Below, piece by piece: positions 10,847 to 20,739 of a DNA stretch of 64,000 bases. Location: positions 320,001 through 384,000 of the forward strand of contig CAVYIM010000004.1 of the NCBI GenBank assembly GCA_963768655.1, in the 5' to 3' direction. The position numbers and the translations under genes are program-made. Numbering within the stretch: position 1 is the stretch's first letter; each line of letters begins with the position of its first letter. Below the pieces are notes generated by a model, which saw only the letters and a list, made by a program, of their open reading frames with translations, ran no database searches and was not told the origin of the DNA. The stretch comes from an uncultured Chloroflexia bacterium (lineage in GTDB: Bacteria > Chloroflexota > Limnocylindria > Limnocylindrales > CSP1-4).

Positions 10847-12561
10847 CCGATGGCAACCGCACCGCCGTGAGTGAGGCCGGGGTGACCTTCTACTACGCCT
10901 ACGACGCCACCGACGAGGTCCTCTGGAAGGGTCCGAACGCTAATGGCTCGGGGTCTTCGGCCTTTAGCTACGATGCCCTGGGCAACCTGCTCTCGAGCCA
11001 GCCCTCGGGCCCGGACTCGGGCAGCCTGAAGCCGACCACCTACACCTACGACCCCGCCGGGCACCTGCTCACCATCGACGATGGCACGGCGGCCCAGAAG
11101 GTCACCTTCACCATCGATGCCGCCGGCCGTCATGCGAGCGAGGTTATCGGCTCGGGAGCGACCACCACGTACGAGTACCTCGGTACATCGGATGTGATCA
11201 GCTCGGAGACCACGAGCGGCGTCACGACCTACTCGGGCATCGATGCCATCGGCGATCGCTTGAGCCAGGGCAGCGGCGCCAGCGTCTCGGGCTGGCTCAT
11301 CGCCGATCTCCACGGCAACATCGTCGCCGCCGCATCGAGCGGCTCCTCGCCGGCCTATCTAGATGCCTACCGCTACGACCCCTACGGCGAGACCTGCGGC
11401 TCCTGGGCCGCCTCATCGGGCTCGCTCACCGTACCCTGGCGCTTTCAGGGTCGGATCCTGGAGTCCGACATCGGCGCCGGGACCGATCTGTATGACTTCG
11501 GGGCCCGCGCCTACGACCCCGATCTTGGCGCCTTCACGAGCTTCGACACCGTCTCGGGCTCCGCTTTGAACCCGCTCACTCTCAACCGCTACCTCTATGC
11601 CAGCGCCAACCCTGAGACCCTTGTGGATCCCGATGGCCACGTCAACTGCGGCGGTGGGCCGCCGAGCGCAATCGCCGCCTGCGAGGCGGCCGCGGAACCT
11701 CCGTCGCCTGTGTCTCAACCTGTGTCTCATCCGAACACCGAGCTCTTCAACTGCTCGGGCGCGCCCGCCTCGTCTGCTGCCGAGTGCGAGGCGGCCAAGG
11801 CGCAAGCCGTATTCGACGCTCAGTTACAGACGGCGCGGGCCGAGCTGACGGGCAGCACTGACATGACCACCGCGGCCTACGACTCCGTGCTACACGACTC
11901 CGTGCTATACGACACCACCGACTCGGGCAGCGCGGTCTACTCGTACGACAGCGGCGTGGCCGACGCGAAAGCGGCGGCGGCCGCGGGAGCTTCGTCGCGC
12001 TCGAACGTGGATTGTGGCTGGAACCCACTATGTGATATCAACAACGCCGTCGGCACAGCCGGAGATGTGGGGAGGGGCGTAGCCGGGAACCCGGCCGTGC
12101 AGTGGACAGCGGCGATCGCAGCCACTGGAATTGTCTGTCTGGGGTTGGGTGCCGGCTTGGCGTGCGGGGCCGCTGGCCTAGCCTACGTAGGTACAACGTG
12201 GATCAAGAACAAGTTGGAGGGGAATAGCGACCTCCTCGCGGGGGCGAATCCCTCGACATGGTCTTGTCGGTGGGCTCGGCAGGTATGTTGGATTGGGATC
12301 GAATCAGCAAATGAGCGTCGTTTACCGACAAACTAGTCCAGGGAGCTTACGCTGGCTTCGTGTCAGATGGCGCGTCCCAAATGGCCCGGAATCCAGGGCG
12401 ACTAACCGAACCCATGCGAATTGGGTGCGTCGACTGTCGGAGGTGCCATCTCAAACGTGTTGCCTTCTGGCTTGCCGACAAAGGACTTCTTCTTCGGCGG
12501 ATTCATATCGAGCGGGATTGGCGGAAGCCTTTCCGCGGCGTGCGATCGTCTTCTTCCCTAG
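10847..12561 (+). pseudogene. rhs: Orphan Rhs module A3 with multiply frameshifted tip
   Basis: Type A core; DPDGH ends at 11640; tip can be followed across frames (GFVSDGASQ...SAACDRLLP stop at 12561). Confidence 0.8.
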
Positions 12562-12590
12562 TCGCGGCCACGAGTGGGAGATTCCTGATC

Positions 12591-12923
12591 TTGAACAGCC
12601 AGTGGTATACGCCAGGTGTGACATGCATAGTCGGCCTGGGTCTCTTCCTGATGGTCACGACACCTCTTGTAGGAGCGGTGGTGTATCCGCGCAGACTCCG
12701 GCTGCCGCGCCTGTTGCGATGGAGCTACGTGCGGTTTCCGGACGTATTGACTCCGTATCACCGAGTCTACATGGTGGTGGTTGGATTACTCCTGGAGGCG
12801 TTCCCGGCAGCGGTGTGGGCTGTGGGCTGGACCGCTGGAAGCTCACTCTCGCTGCCAAGCTTGGGCGCAGAACTGGGCCTGAGCCTGGGCTGGGTGCTGC
12901 TGCTGCTGCACCATGCGAGATGA
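12591..12923 (+). CDS. Candidate 3-TM immunity protein for A3
   Basis: TTG after GGGAG; three hydrophobic segments. Confidence 0.6.
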   Translation: MNSQWYTPGVTCIVGLGLFLMVTTPLVGAVVYPRRLRLPRLLRWSYVRFPDVLTPYHRVYMVVVGLLLEAFPAAVWAVGWTAGSSLSLPSLGAELGLSLGWVLLLLHHAR

Positions 12924-12967
12924 TGGAGACTGTTCAGCCTCGATGGCAACATGCCCATTCGGAGTAA

Positions 12968-13054
12968 GGGCCGGGGAACTGGTCGGATACTGGGCCCAGA
13001 TCCGAGTTCAGCAAGCTCAAGAAGTATGGAGATCGAGGGTTCCAGGACCCATGA
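12968..13054 (+). pseudogene. Remnant of a toxin C-terminus (GPGNWSDTGPRSEFSKLKKYGDRGFQDP)
   Basis: Manual translation; resembles a recurrent polymorphic toxin terminus as recalled. Confidence 0.5.
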
Positions 13055-13159
13055 GGTTCGCCGTTGGTTGCGAGGAGCCAGGTTGAGCATGAGCGCCCGC
13101 TGTTCAGTTGAGTCAACACGCGATTACATCGGTGACAAGCAGAACGAGAGGCAGGCGGA

Positions 13160-13402
13160 ATGGCAGCGGTGTTCCTGGTCGAGCATTACCATCCCCTCTC
13201 CGACGAAGCGCCTGACTCCAAGTTGATCGGCATCTACACCACGCGTGAGAAGGCAGAGCGGGCGGTCAGAGACTTGGCAGAACAACCAGGCTTTCGGGAT
13301 CTGCCTGACGTAATTGCAGATCCCGCGGAACGCGGCAGTCTTGGGATTTGGCGGATCGAACTGGATGAGACCGCTTGGTCCCGGGGCTACGAGACCGTCT
13401 AG
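13160..13402 (+). CDS. Small soluble immunity-like protein (DUF7336-like)
   Basis: KLIGIYTT...A...PGF...LDE..W..GY pattern. Confidence 0.65.
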   Translation: MAAVFLVEHYHPLSDEAPDSKLIGIYTTREKAERAVRDLAEQPGFRDLPDVIADPAERGSLGIWRIELDETAWSRGYETV

Positions 13403-13408
13403 TCGACA

Positions 13409-14011
13409 ATGCTCAACCCCTGGCCTGCGGGCAGTACCCATAGCGTTGACCGTGACCGCTCTCGACGCATGTGGCAACGTGGCCACAGGCTACATGGGGA
13501 CGATCCCTTCACGACCAGCGATTCGGCCGCGACCCTGCCCGCGGACTACACCTTCACCGCCGCTGACAAGGGCGCCCATACCTTCGCAAACACACTGGTC
13601 CCGGGGCTCAGCCTCAAGACTCCCGGCAGCCAGGCGGCCGATATCGCGGCCGCCTTCACCGTCCTTAGTTCGAGTCTGTCTGGCGACGCTCTTACCAAAC
13701 ACCTCGGTGCCGCAGATCGAACCAGACGACCTTCACCTACGATCGCTACCGAGATCGGTGTCGGCGCGGGCACACTGGCGGCCGCCGGCTTCGCTTTGGG
13801 CTTCACGTCGGACGTATTCAGCCAGGAACTCCAGCATCCCCTCCACCCTATCAACATGGAGCACGCTCTCTGTTCCGGAGCGATGGGCGGCGCGTCCGGG
13901 TTCTTGACCAAGGATCTAGATGCGATGGGCATAAAGGATCCAACAGAAAAGGGATTTGCCTGGGATGTTCTGAGCACCATCTATGGAAACCAGGTCTGCT
14001 CGGGAGGATAG
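13409..14011 (+). pseudogene. Chimeric remnant: bacterial Ig-like repeat fragment fused to a toxin tip paralogous to A1
   Basis: VTALDACGNVATGY / SDSAATLPADYTFTAADKGAHTF...LKTPGSQ, then GFTSDVFSQELQHP. Confidence 0.7.
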
Positions 14012-14017
14012 TAAGCA

Positions 14018-14392
14018 ATGGACGGTCCGTGGCCGGAAGACGCCCTCGCTCTCTTCGCGCTCTGCCTCCCTTTCAGCATGATCGCCTGGGCTGGCATAGC
14101 GCGCTCGGCTGGCTGGCTTCGGGAGCAAGCCGACCAGCCGGCATGGTTTCGGTTCATCGCCGTGAGGTCTCCGTCGTGGGGAACAGGCGATCCTCCGGTC
14201 TGGGCTGAAATCATCCTCGCGCTTGTCTTCGGGACCTTGATGAACTTCCCTGCGGCTGGCCTATTGGCAATCTGGCCGTACGGGTGGCTCGGTCGTCTCA
14301 TCCCTGTGGCGTATTTCCTCGCTCAAGGGATGTGGCTCCTCGATATGCGCCGGGCGATCATCCGCGCCAAGGCTCGCCATCCAGGCAGCTGA
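14018..14392 (+). CDS. Candidate 3-TM immunity protein, paralog of 5002..5376
   Basis: Shared CLP.S, SAG.L, DQPA, NF, PYG, G.WL and IR....RHP. Confidence 0.75.
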   Translation: MDGPWPEDALALFALCLPFSMIAWAGIARSAGWLREQADQPAWFRFIAVRSPSWGTGDPPVWAEIILALVFGTLMNFPAAGLLAIWPYGWLGRLIPVAYFLAQGMWLLDMRRAIIRAKARHPGS

Positions 14393-14682
14393 AACCGAGG
14401 GGAGCGCTTTGGGTATCACCTACTTCGATGTACTCGCCGCAGCCGCGTGGTTCTTTGGCGTAACCGTGGTCGCGGCTCGGTCCCGGAGGCCCGTACCTAC
14501 ACCTACGACGCCGATGGCAACCGCACCGCCGTGAGTGAGGCCGGGGTGACCTTCTACTACGCCTACGACGCCACCGACGAGGTCCTCTGGAAGGGTCCGA
14601 ACGCTAACGGCTCGGGGTCCTCCGCCTTTAGCTACGATGCCCTGGGCAACCTGCTCTCGAGCCAGCCCTCGGGTCCGGACTC

Positions 14683-16171
14683 GAGGATGTCCCGCTCGTC
14701 GTGGAATTTCAGTGAGGGTCGGGTCTCCAGGTTGCTGATCATATCGGTTGGTTGGTAGCGCTCGCCTCGCTTTCGATGTGGAGCTCGCGCTTTAGCGCAG
14801 CGGCAAGAATGGGCAGCTCCCGATAGCCGCAGACTCGGCGGAACTGAGCCTCTGCGGCGAGCATCCCAGCGGCGGCCCAGCGCAGCGCCATCTCGCCCGA
14901 CTCCCAGTTCTTCACCCGGCGGGCGTGCGTCTTGACGATCTCGATCATCGATTCCATCGGGTTGGTCGACTCGAGCGTCCTCCGGAGCGAGCCGCTGATG
15001 CCCAGACGCGTCAGGGTGAGCGTGTCGTCGAGCCCCTCGCGCAGCGACGCGGCGGCTCCCGGACGGCTGTGGGCCAGACTGCGGGCCAGGGAGTGGAGGG
15101 CCGCCTTCGCCCTGTCCGGATCTCGCTCGGCCCAGGCGGCCCGAAGCCGGCGCTGGGCGAGCGGTCGTTCGATCTCGGGCAGGTGCTCTAGAACGTTGCG
15201 CTCTTTGTGGCGATGGCAGCGATGGATCGCCACGCCTTTGCCCAAGAAGGTGGGGATGGCCGAACCGATGGCGGAGCCGCCGTCGACGACGAAGAGGACG
15301 CCTGCGCTTGTGTCCAGACCGCGATCGCGCAAGTCCGCCAGGAGCGCGTTGACCACCGCGCTGTTCTCGGTCGTGCCCTCGACCACGCCGAGGGGCACCT
15401 TGTGGCCGGCGGCGTCGATCCCGAGCGCGCCTACGAGCAGGTGATCGCCCAGGCGAAAGCCATCGAGCATGAGCACGAGGTAGCGGCGGTCGTCGAGTCT
15501 GCGCCCGAGCAGCTCAGCCAGGCGCTCTGCCGTGGCGGCGAGGAAGCGGCGGCTGACGGCGGCGTGGCTGGTCGAGACGGCGGCCTCCTCGATGGCCTCG
15601 CCAACAGGCTCGAGGCCAACCGGATAGTCGCGAGTCGAGAGCCCCGCGAGCATCCGGGCGACGATCCCGTCGGCGAGCAGATCGCTGGCTCTCGCGGCCT
15701 CGTAGGTCGCGAGCGGCAGCTCGGCTGCTCCATCGGCACTTCGCACACGTGGCCGCTCGACGCGGAGTCGGCGGCCGCCCAGGGTCACGGTTCCGGCTTC
15801 ACTGCCATGGCGATAGGCAACTCGATCCGCTCGGTGGCGGCCGCGTGGGCCGGCCAGGCCGTCAACCTCAGCCGCCATCAGCTCGTCGAGGACCTCGAGG
15901 CCGACCGCGGTCGAAGCGGCCAGCAGGCCCTCGCGCAGATGGCTCGCGAACGTGGCGAGATGGCCCTCGAGCCGCCCTGTCAGCTCAGCAGGAAGCTGGT
16001 GAACGAGACGGCGAGGTCGGCGGCATCGCTTCTCAGGGCGGGGCCGGACGTGGGACGATGGCATGGGTTCCTCCAGTTCGACTTTCCGGGTCTCCCGTAG
16101 CGTGACAGCTCACGCTCCGGGCTGGAGGACCCACCCCTCAACTCAAATTCCACGGAACTCGGGACAACCTC
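14683..16171 (-). mobile_element. IS256-family element copy 2
   Basis: Same ends as copy 1; target duplication CCGGACTC. Confidence 0.95.
14739..16064 (-). CDS. IS256 transposase
   Basis: Matches copy 1 apart from a W-to-R change (SLWRT to SLRRT). Confidence 0.92.
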   Translation of the reverse strand: MPSSHVRPRPEKRCRRPRRLVHQLPAELTGRLEGHLATFASHLREGLLAASTAVGLEVLDELMAAEVDGLAGPRGRHRADRVAYRHGSEAGTVTLGGRRLRVERPRVRSADGAAELPLATYEAARASDLLADGIVARMLAGLSTRDYPVGLEPVGEAIEEAAVSTSHAAVSRRFLAATAERLAELLGRRLDDRRYLVLMLDGFRLGDHLLVGALGIDAAGHKVPLGVVEGTTENSAVVNALLADLRDRGLDTSAGVLFVVDGGSAIGSAIPTFLGKGVAIHRCHRHKERNVLEHLPEIERPLAQRRLRAAWAERDPDRAKAALHSLARSLAHSRPGAAASLREGLDDTLTLTRLGISGSLRRTLESTNPMESMIEIVKTHARRVKNWESGEMALRWAAAGMLAAEAQFRRVCGYRELPILAAALKRELHIESEASATNQPI

Positions 16172-17741
16172 CCGGACTCGGGCAGCCTGAAGCCGACCAC
16201 CTACACCTACGACCCCGCCGGGCACCTGCTCACCATCGACGATGGCACGGCGGCCCAGAAGGTCACCTTCACCATCGATGCCGCCGGCCGTCATGCGAGC
16301 GAGGTTATCGGCTCGGGAGCGACCACGACGTACGAGTACCTCGGTACATCGGATGTGATCAGCTCGGAGACTACGAGCGGCGTCACGACCTACTCGGGTA
16401 TCGATGCCATCGGCGATCGATTGAGCCAGGGCAGCGGCGCCAGCGTGGCGGGCTGGCTCATCGCCGATCTCCACGGCAACATCGTCGCCGCCGCATCGAG
16501 CGGCTCCTCGCCGGCCTATCTAGATGCCTACCGCTACGACCCCTACGGCGAGACCTGCGGCTCCTGGGCCGCCTCATCGGGCTCGCTCACCGTACCCTGG
16601 CGCTTTCAGGGCCGGATCCTGGAGTCGGACATCGGCGCCGGTACCGATCTGTATGACTTCGGGGCTCGCGCCTACGATCCCGATCTTGGCGACTTCACGA
16701 GCTTCGACACCGTCTCGGGCTCCGCCCTGAACCCGCTCACCCTCAACCGCTACCTCTATGCATCGGCCAACCCGGCCACGCTGGTGGATCCGGATGGGCA
16801 TCAGGTGCTCTCCTGCGGGCCTGACGGTATCTACTGCGGCTACGGCAAATCGTTCGGGGACGACGACTCGTCGGGCAGCTCCTCGGACAGTTCGGGGAAC
16901 GGGACCAGGCCGCTGAAGCCATTGCATTCGAGGTTCATTCCGATACAAGACTGCTTTCCGCGCGCAACAGGCAGAGGTGATCCCAACCAACGAATGCCGC
17001 CGTCCTGGTGCCCATACAGCGGAGGAATCTGGGTCGACGATGGCGGCGACGCGCAGGACGGCACGTGGGCAATCTATACCGACTCCAGCGGGCATCTCCA
17101 CTACGCCTACACCTACTCGACGCCTGATGAGGACGATGGAGCGGGTGGTTGGACGCACATGGAGTACACGGTCGATTATGACCTGGGCTACGGAGGCGAC
17201 AACGGATTCCAGGCAGATGTGAATTCGGGAACCGACGGAGGTCTGAGCCTTGAGCTTCCCGATAGCCTCGGAACGCTCAAGCTCGATGCACCAGACGAGA
17301 AAGGTGGAAAATGGGAGGGTAGTATTCAGGCGGGACCATCGTTCTCCGTGGCGACCAACACCACGGTATTACCGAATGGTGACCAGCTGGTGCAAGACAG
17401 CGTTACGAGCTACACTGCCGGCCTTGGTTTCGGTGGATTCGAGACCAGTGTCTCCTACGGCACGTCGTCGACCGTATCGGGTAACGGTGCGTCAATTGGA
17501 GTGACCGCGACGGCAACCTGGGTCTATGACCGCGGACCGGACATTCCAGAGGCAGTTGGGGCCGGTGCATCGATCGTGGCGGCCTTTGTGCTCAGTGTGT
17601 TGCAAGAAGGCACTAAGGATGCTGAGCAGGTGTGCTCCTCCAACCCGGATCTTTGTCCGCCCCCAGTGATGCCGTGACGGGCGCATGTCGCAAGCCTCTT
17701 CCTGGCGCCAAGGCGTGTGAATTGGAACCGCGTGGAGGCCA

Positions 17742-18470
17742 ATGATGAAGGGCACCTCTCGAAAGGCAGCTGTCGATGCAAAGTGGCGCCGGCGTCGAAG
17801 GACAGCCGCTGTCGTACTCGCATTCGTCCTCCCCCTTCCGTTGATCTTCCTCCCGAGTCACACGACTCTGGCGACGTTGGTGGTCGCCCTCTTGGTTGGC
17901 CTGGGCGCCGGGCTCCTGACCGCGCCGTTTTGGGCAGAAGATCGCCTGGCGGTTTGGCTGCCTGCAAACGTAGAGCGCCGATCGACCCGGGAAGGGGCTA
18001 GGCAATGGCTCCATGACCACCCGGGCGGAGCGGACGATTCGACGGTCGGCGCGCTCCTCGCGGCGAGTCAATACCCGGAGGCGGCAGCGATGCTGTCTAT
18101 GCTGCCGCCTGTCACAAACGAAACACAGACCTTCTTTCGCAGGTGGGCGAGCGCTGTGATAGATGTGCGTCGCGATGCCGCCGTTGACCTGGATGGCCTT
18201 TGGTCCCTAGCAGGAGCCCAGCCAAATGTCGCAGCTCGCGTGATGGCCCAGGCGCAAGTGGCCAACTTGGGACTCACTTTCGCGTTGAGAGGCGGCGGCG
18301 ACTGGCCTGAGGCCCTCCGTCGAGTGAGGGCGATCGGGTCCTCGCTCCAACTGTCGGCTTCGCAACGTCTGCGTCTTTGGTTCATGCATTTCCCGGGTCT
18401 TGCTATCGTGCTCATCGTGCTCGCTACGTGGGCGCTGGGGCTTCCGATGGGCTATTCTCGAATCACATAG
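17742..18470 (+). CDS. Membrane protein, candidate immunity for A4
   Basis: GGAGG RBS; two N-terminal TMs and one C-terminal TM; similar to 33592..34320. Confidence 0.65.
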   Translation: MMKGTSRKAAVDAKWRRRRRTAAVVLAFVLPLPLIFLPSHTTLATLVVALLVGLGAGLLTAPFWAEDRLAVWLPANVERRSTREGARQWLHDHPGGADDSTVGALLAASQYPEAAAMLSMLPPVTNETQTFFRRWASAVIDVRRDAAVDLDGLWSLAGAQPNVAARVMAQAQVANLGLTFALRGGGDWPEALRRVRAIGSSLQLSASQRLRLWFMHFPGLAIVLIVLATWALGLPMGYSRIT

Positions 18471-18742
18471 CTGCCTCTGATCGGCTTCTTGTCAGCGGCC
18501 CCTTTTCGCCACTACCGATGACCCGAGATACGACATAGGCGAGGTCCCAGAGTTGGGCCCGGATGCCTGAGGATCAGACAGATCAGAACACGTAGCTCAT
18601 CCTGTGGGAAGTCTGACTTCCCCAATGGCTGTTACTGTCGCGAACCGTCGTACTTTCGCCGTCGCCTTCAAAGCCTCGTGCCCGCCCGTTGGGCGGCAGC
18701 GGCCCGCCAGTCGGAGCCCAATCGATCGCTAGGAGTGTGCGC

Positions 18743-19303
18743 ATGCAGTGGTGGGGTGGGCGTGAGGTAGGCGAGGCGCTTGACTCGAGAGAACGCCGGA
18801 CATCTTATCGAGGCTTCAGCCTGGAGATCGTCTACACGCTGACACTCAGCGACCTAGTATGGATGTACCTCGGCTCTTGGGCGGCACGCATGGCTGCGGC
18901 GCCTGGGTTCCTGTGCGTCGTATTCTGTGTCGCCGGGTGGCCGAGCGCAGGGATTCCGATCGCCAGCTACCTTGAGATACTGGGTGCCTGCCTCGTCTTC
19001 ATGGCCCTCGGTCCTCTCCTCTTTCTGCTCGGCGCGTTGGGGATGTACGGATCGAGGAGGTTCGTCGGTACCACAGTCCGTCTCTCCATCGATGATCAGG
19101 GTGTTCGGGGCTGGCCGCTGGCAAAGGAGATGAGACTAACCTGGGCGCAGATCCGTCGTGTGCGATCGGTGCGGGGCGTCATCACGCTGCCATTTCGTCA
19201 TTTCGGTACCCGAGCCGGATGGGTTCCAGTGCCCGAACGCGCTATGACCGCCGGCCAGCTCACAGACTTCCTGAGTCTCCTTGCGGACAAGGGCGTGCTG
19301 TAG
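18743..19303 (+). CDS. YcxB-like 2-TM protein, paralog of 22626..23135
   Basis: LSDLVWMYLGSWA, GTTVRL, GWP and GWVP.PERA shared. Confidence 0.7.
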   Translation: MQWWGGREVGEALDSRERRTSYRGFSLEIVYTLTLSDLVWMYLGSWAARMAAAPGFLCVVFCVAGWPSAGIPIASYLEILGACLVFMALGPLLFLLGALGMYGSRRFVGTTVRLSIDDQGVRGWPLAKEMRLTWAQIRRVRSVRGVITLPFRHFGTRAGWVPVPERAMTAGQLTDFLSLLADKGVL

Positions 19304-19344
19304 GTATGAATCGCCTCTCGTCTTGCTGGAGGGTGCCGCATCAG

Positions 19345-19426
19345 TACGAGGGTTTCGGCACATGGCTTCGCCCCCCGGATGGGCCCGCAGAGTGTTCGGG
19401 GCCCACACGGTCGGATACGTTGGGAC
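19345..19426 (+). repeat. 82-bp fragment matching part of gene 28197..28562
   Basis: Near-identical to 28299-28382. Confidence 0.85.
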
Positions 19427-19556
19427 TTGGGTTCTTGACCATTCCCGCGACGCCGTTCGCGAACCGATTCCGGGGAGATCCGGCAGACCTGCACCGATTC
19501 ATCGTCGGCCCACGACGTGGCGATGCCCGGATGATCGACTATCGTTGGAGGTGAGA

Positions 19557-20036
19557 ATGCAAGGGCGAGTTGAGTGGTGGCTGCGGCCACAGAGTGGCGA
19601 CGGAATCCTCGGGATTCTGGCGCGTCTTGACATGCATGGCTTGCGGGTGTTTCGTGAGCCAAGTGGTGAGTTCGAAGCTTGGGGAACGGACGTCGAGACT
19701 GCCGGATCGTATTGGGCAACCACGCCGGATGACTTGGTGGGATCCTGGACGCCTTCGGCGATGAAAGATGTTGCCTTCAAGCTCTGGCGCGGGCCCGACC
19801 AAGCAACTCTGGTGTCGCTGAGCCAGGACGACCGCCGCTGCGAGTTCGCATTCAGTCTCAACGGTTCTTGGTTCGACGATGCCGAGAGACTGGCGGCGAT
19901 CCTATTCTGGAATGTAGTCACAACCGAAGATTCGATTGCCATGATCGCCGCGCGCCTTTTCGACTTCCTACCAGAATGGCCTGTCTTCCTTGAGGACCCA
20001 TCGCTGCCGGATGCAATGGATCCCGACCTGTTCTGA
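19557..20036 (+). CDS. Hypothetical acidic protein, candidate orphan immunity
   Basis: GGAGGTG RBS overlapping the stop of an upstream remnant. Confidence 0.6.
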   Translation: MQGRVEWWLRPQSGDGILGILARLDMHGLRVFREPSGEFEAWGTDVETAGSYWATTPDDLVGSWTPSAMKDVAFKLWRGPDQATLVSLSQDDRRCEFAFSLNGSWFDDAERLAAILFWNVVTTEDSIAMIAARLFDFLPEWPVFLEDPSLPDAMDPDLF

Positions 20037-20134
20037 GTGAGGAGCGTTGGCGAACGTGGCGGCCCGTTTCTTCGTGCGAGGCCTGGGTTCTGGCGATAGG
20101 CGGACGAAGGTCAGTGCCAGGACACTGAGGACGA

Positions 20135-20482
20135 ATGGTGCGCTACCTGCGTCTTGACGAATGGTTGGGCGAGGACGCCCCCCTGCCTTTTGCACGCAGT
20201 CTTGTGGAAGTCCGCGAAGACGGGTGGGTCGGTCGCGAGATAGGATTGGATCGCAACGGCCGCGTCGTGTACAAGTATCCGACCTCAAACTTGCCTCGTG
20301 GCTTCCGAGGCATCTGCGACATGGTCACGTTCGACGATGGTCCTGATGACCTCACGAAGGCGGAGTTCGAGGCCTACTGGTCGGCATCGCTAGACGCGCA
20401 GGATCAGGCGCGATCGGTTCAGGCAATTCGAGGCCCGTCCCTTCGTGAGCGCCTCTGGGGGCTACCTCGGCATGGCCACTGA
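20135..20482 (+). CDS. Hypothetical small protein, candidate orphan immunity
   Basis: GAGGA RBS; REIGLD..G and EFEAYW pattern. Confidence 0.6.
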   Translation: MVRYLRLDEWLGEDAPLPFARSLVEVREDGWVGREIGLDRNGRVVYKYPTSNLPRGFRGICDMVTFDDGPDDLTKAEFEAYWSASLDAQDQARSVQAIRGPSLRERLWGLPRHGH

Positions 20483-20492
20483 CATAGGGGAA
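20386..20492 (+). repeat. About 105-bp dispersed repeat, second copy at 32613-32719
   Basis: Shared gatcaggcgcgatcggttca.gcaattcgaggcccgtcccttc.tgagcgcctctgg...atggccactgacat. Confidence 0.85.
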
Positions 20493-20739
20493 TGCTGGGC
20501 TTCGTTGACCGGTCCCCACCGATGCGGTCGGCGCCCTTCTGATCGACTCTAAGAGAGTCCACCCAGCGTCGAAGCCGGCCCGGAACACGACGAAACGATG
20601 GCCGCCGTCCGGGTGAGTTTCACCGCCGGTCCCGCCAAGGTTGCGGATAGCGCCCGCACCGGCCGTCCACCGTCAGGCGCCCAATCGTTCATTCGCCCGT
20701 CGTCGTCGTCGCTCAATCCGCTGTCTCATCCTTCTGGTC

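Larger units (their letters stand above)
14489..17677 (+). pseudogene. rhs: Orphan Rhs module A4 split by IS copy 2, with acidic beta-rich tip
   Basis: Core continuous across the target duplication; DPDGH ends at 16801. Confidence 0.85.
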
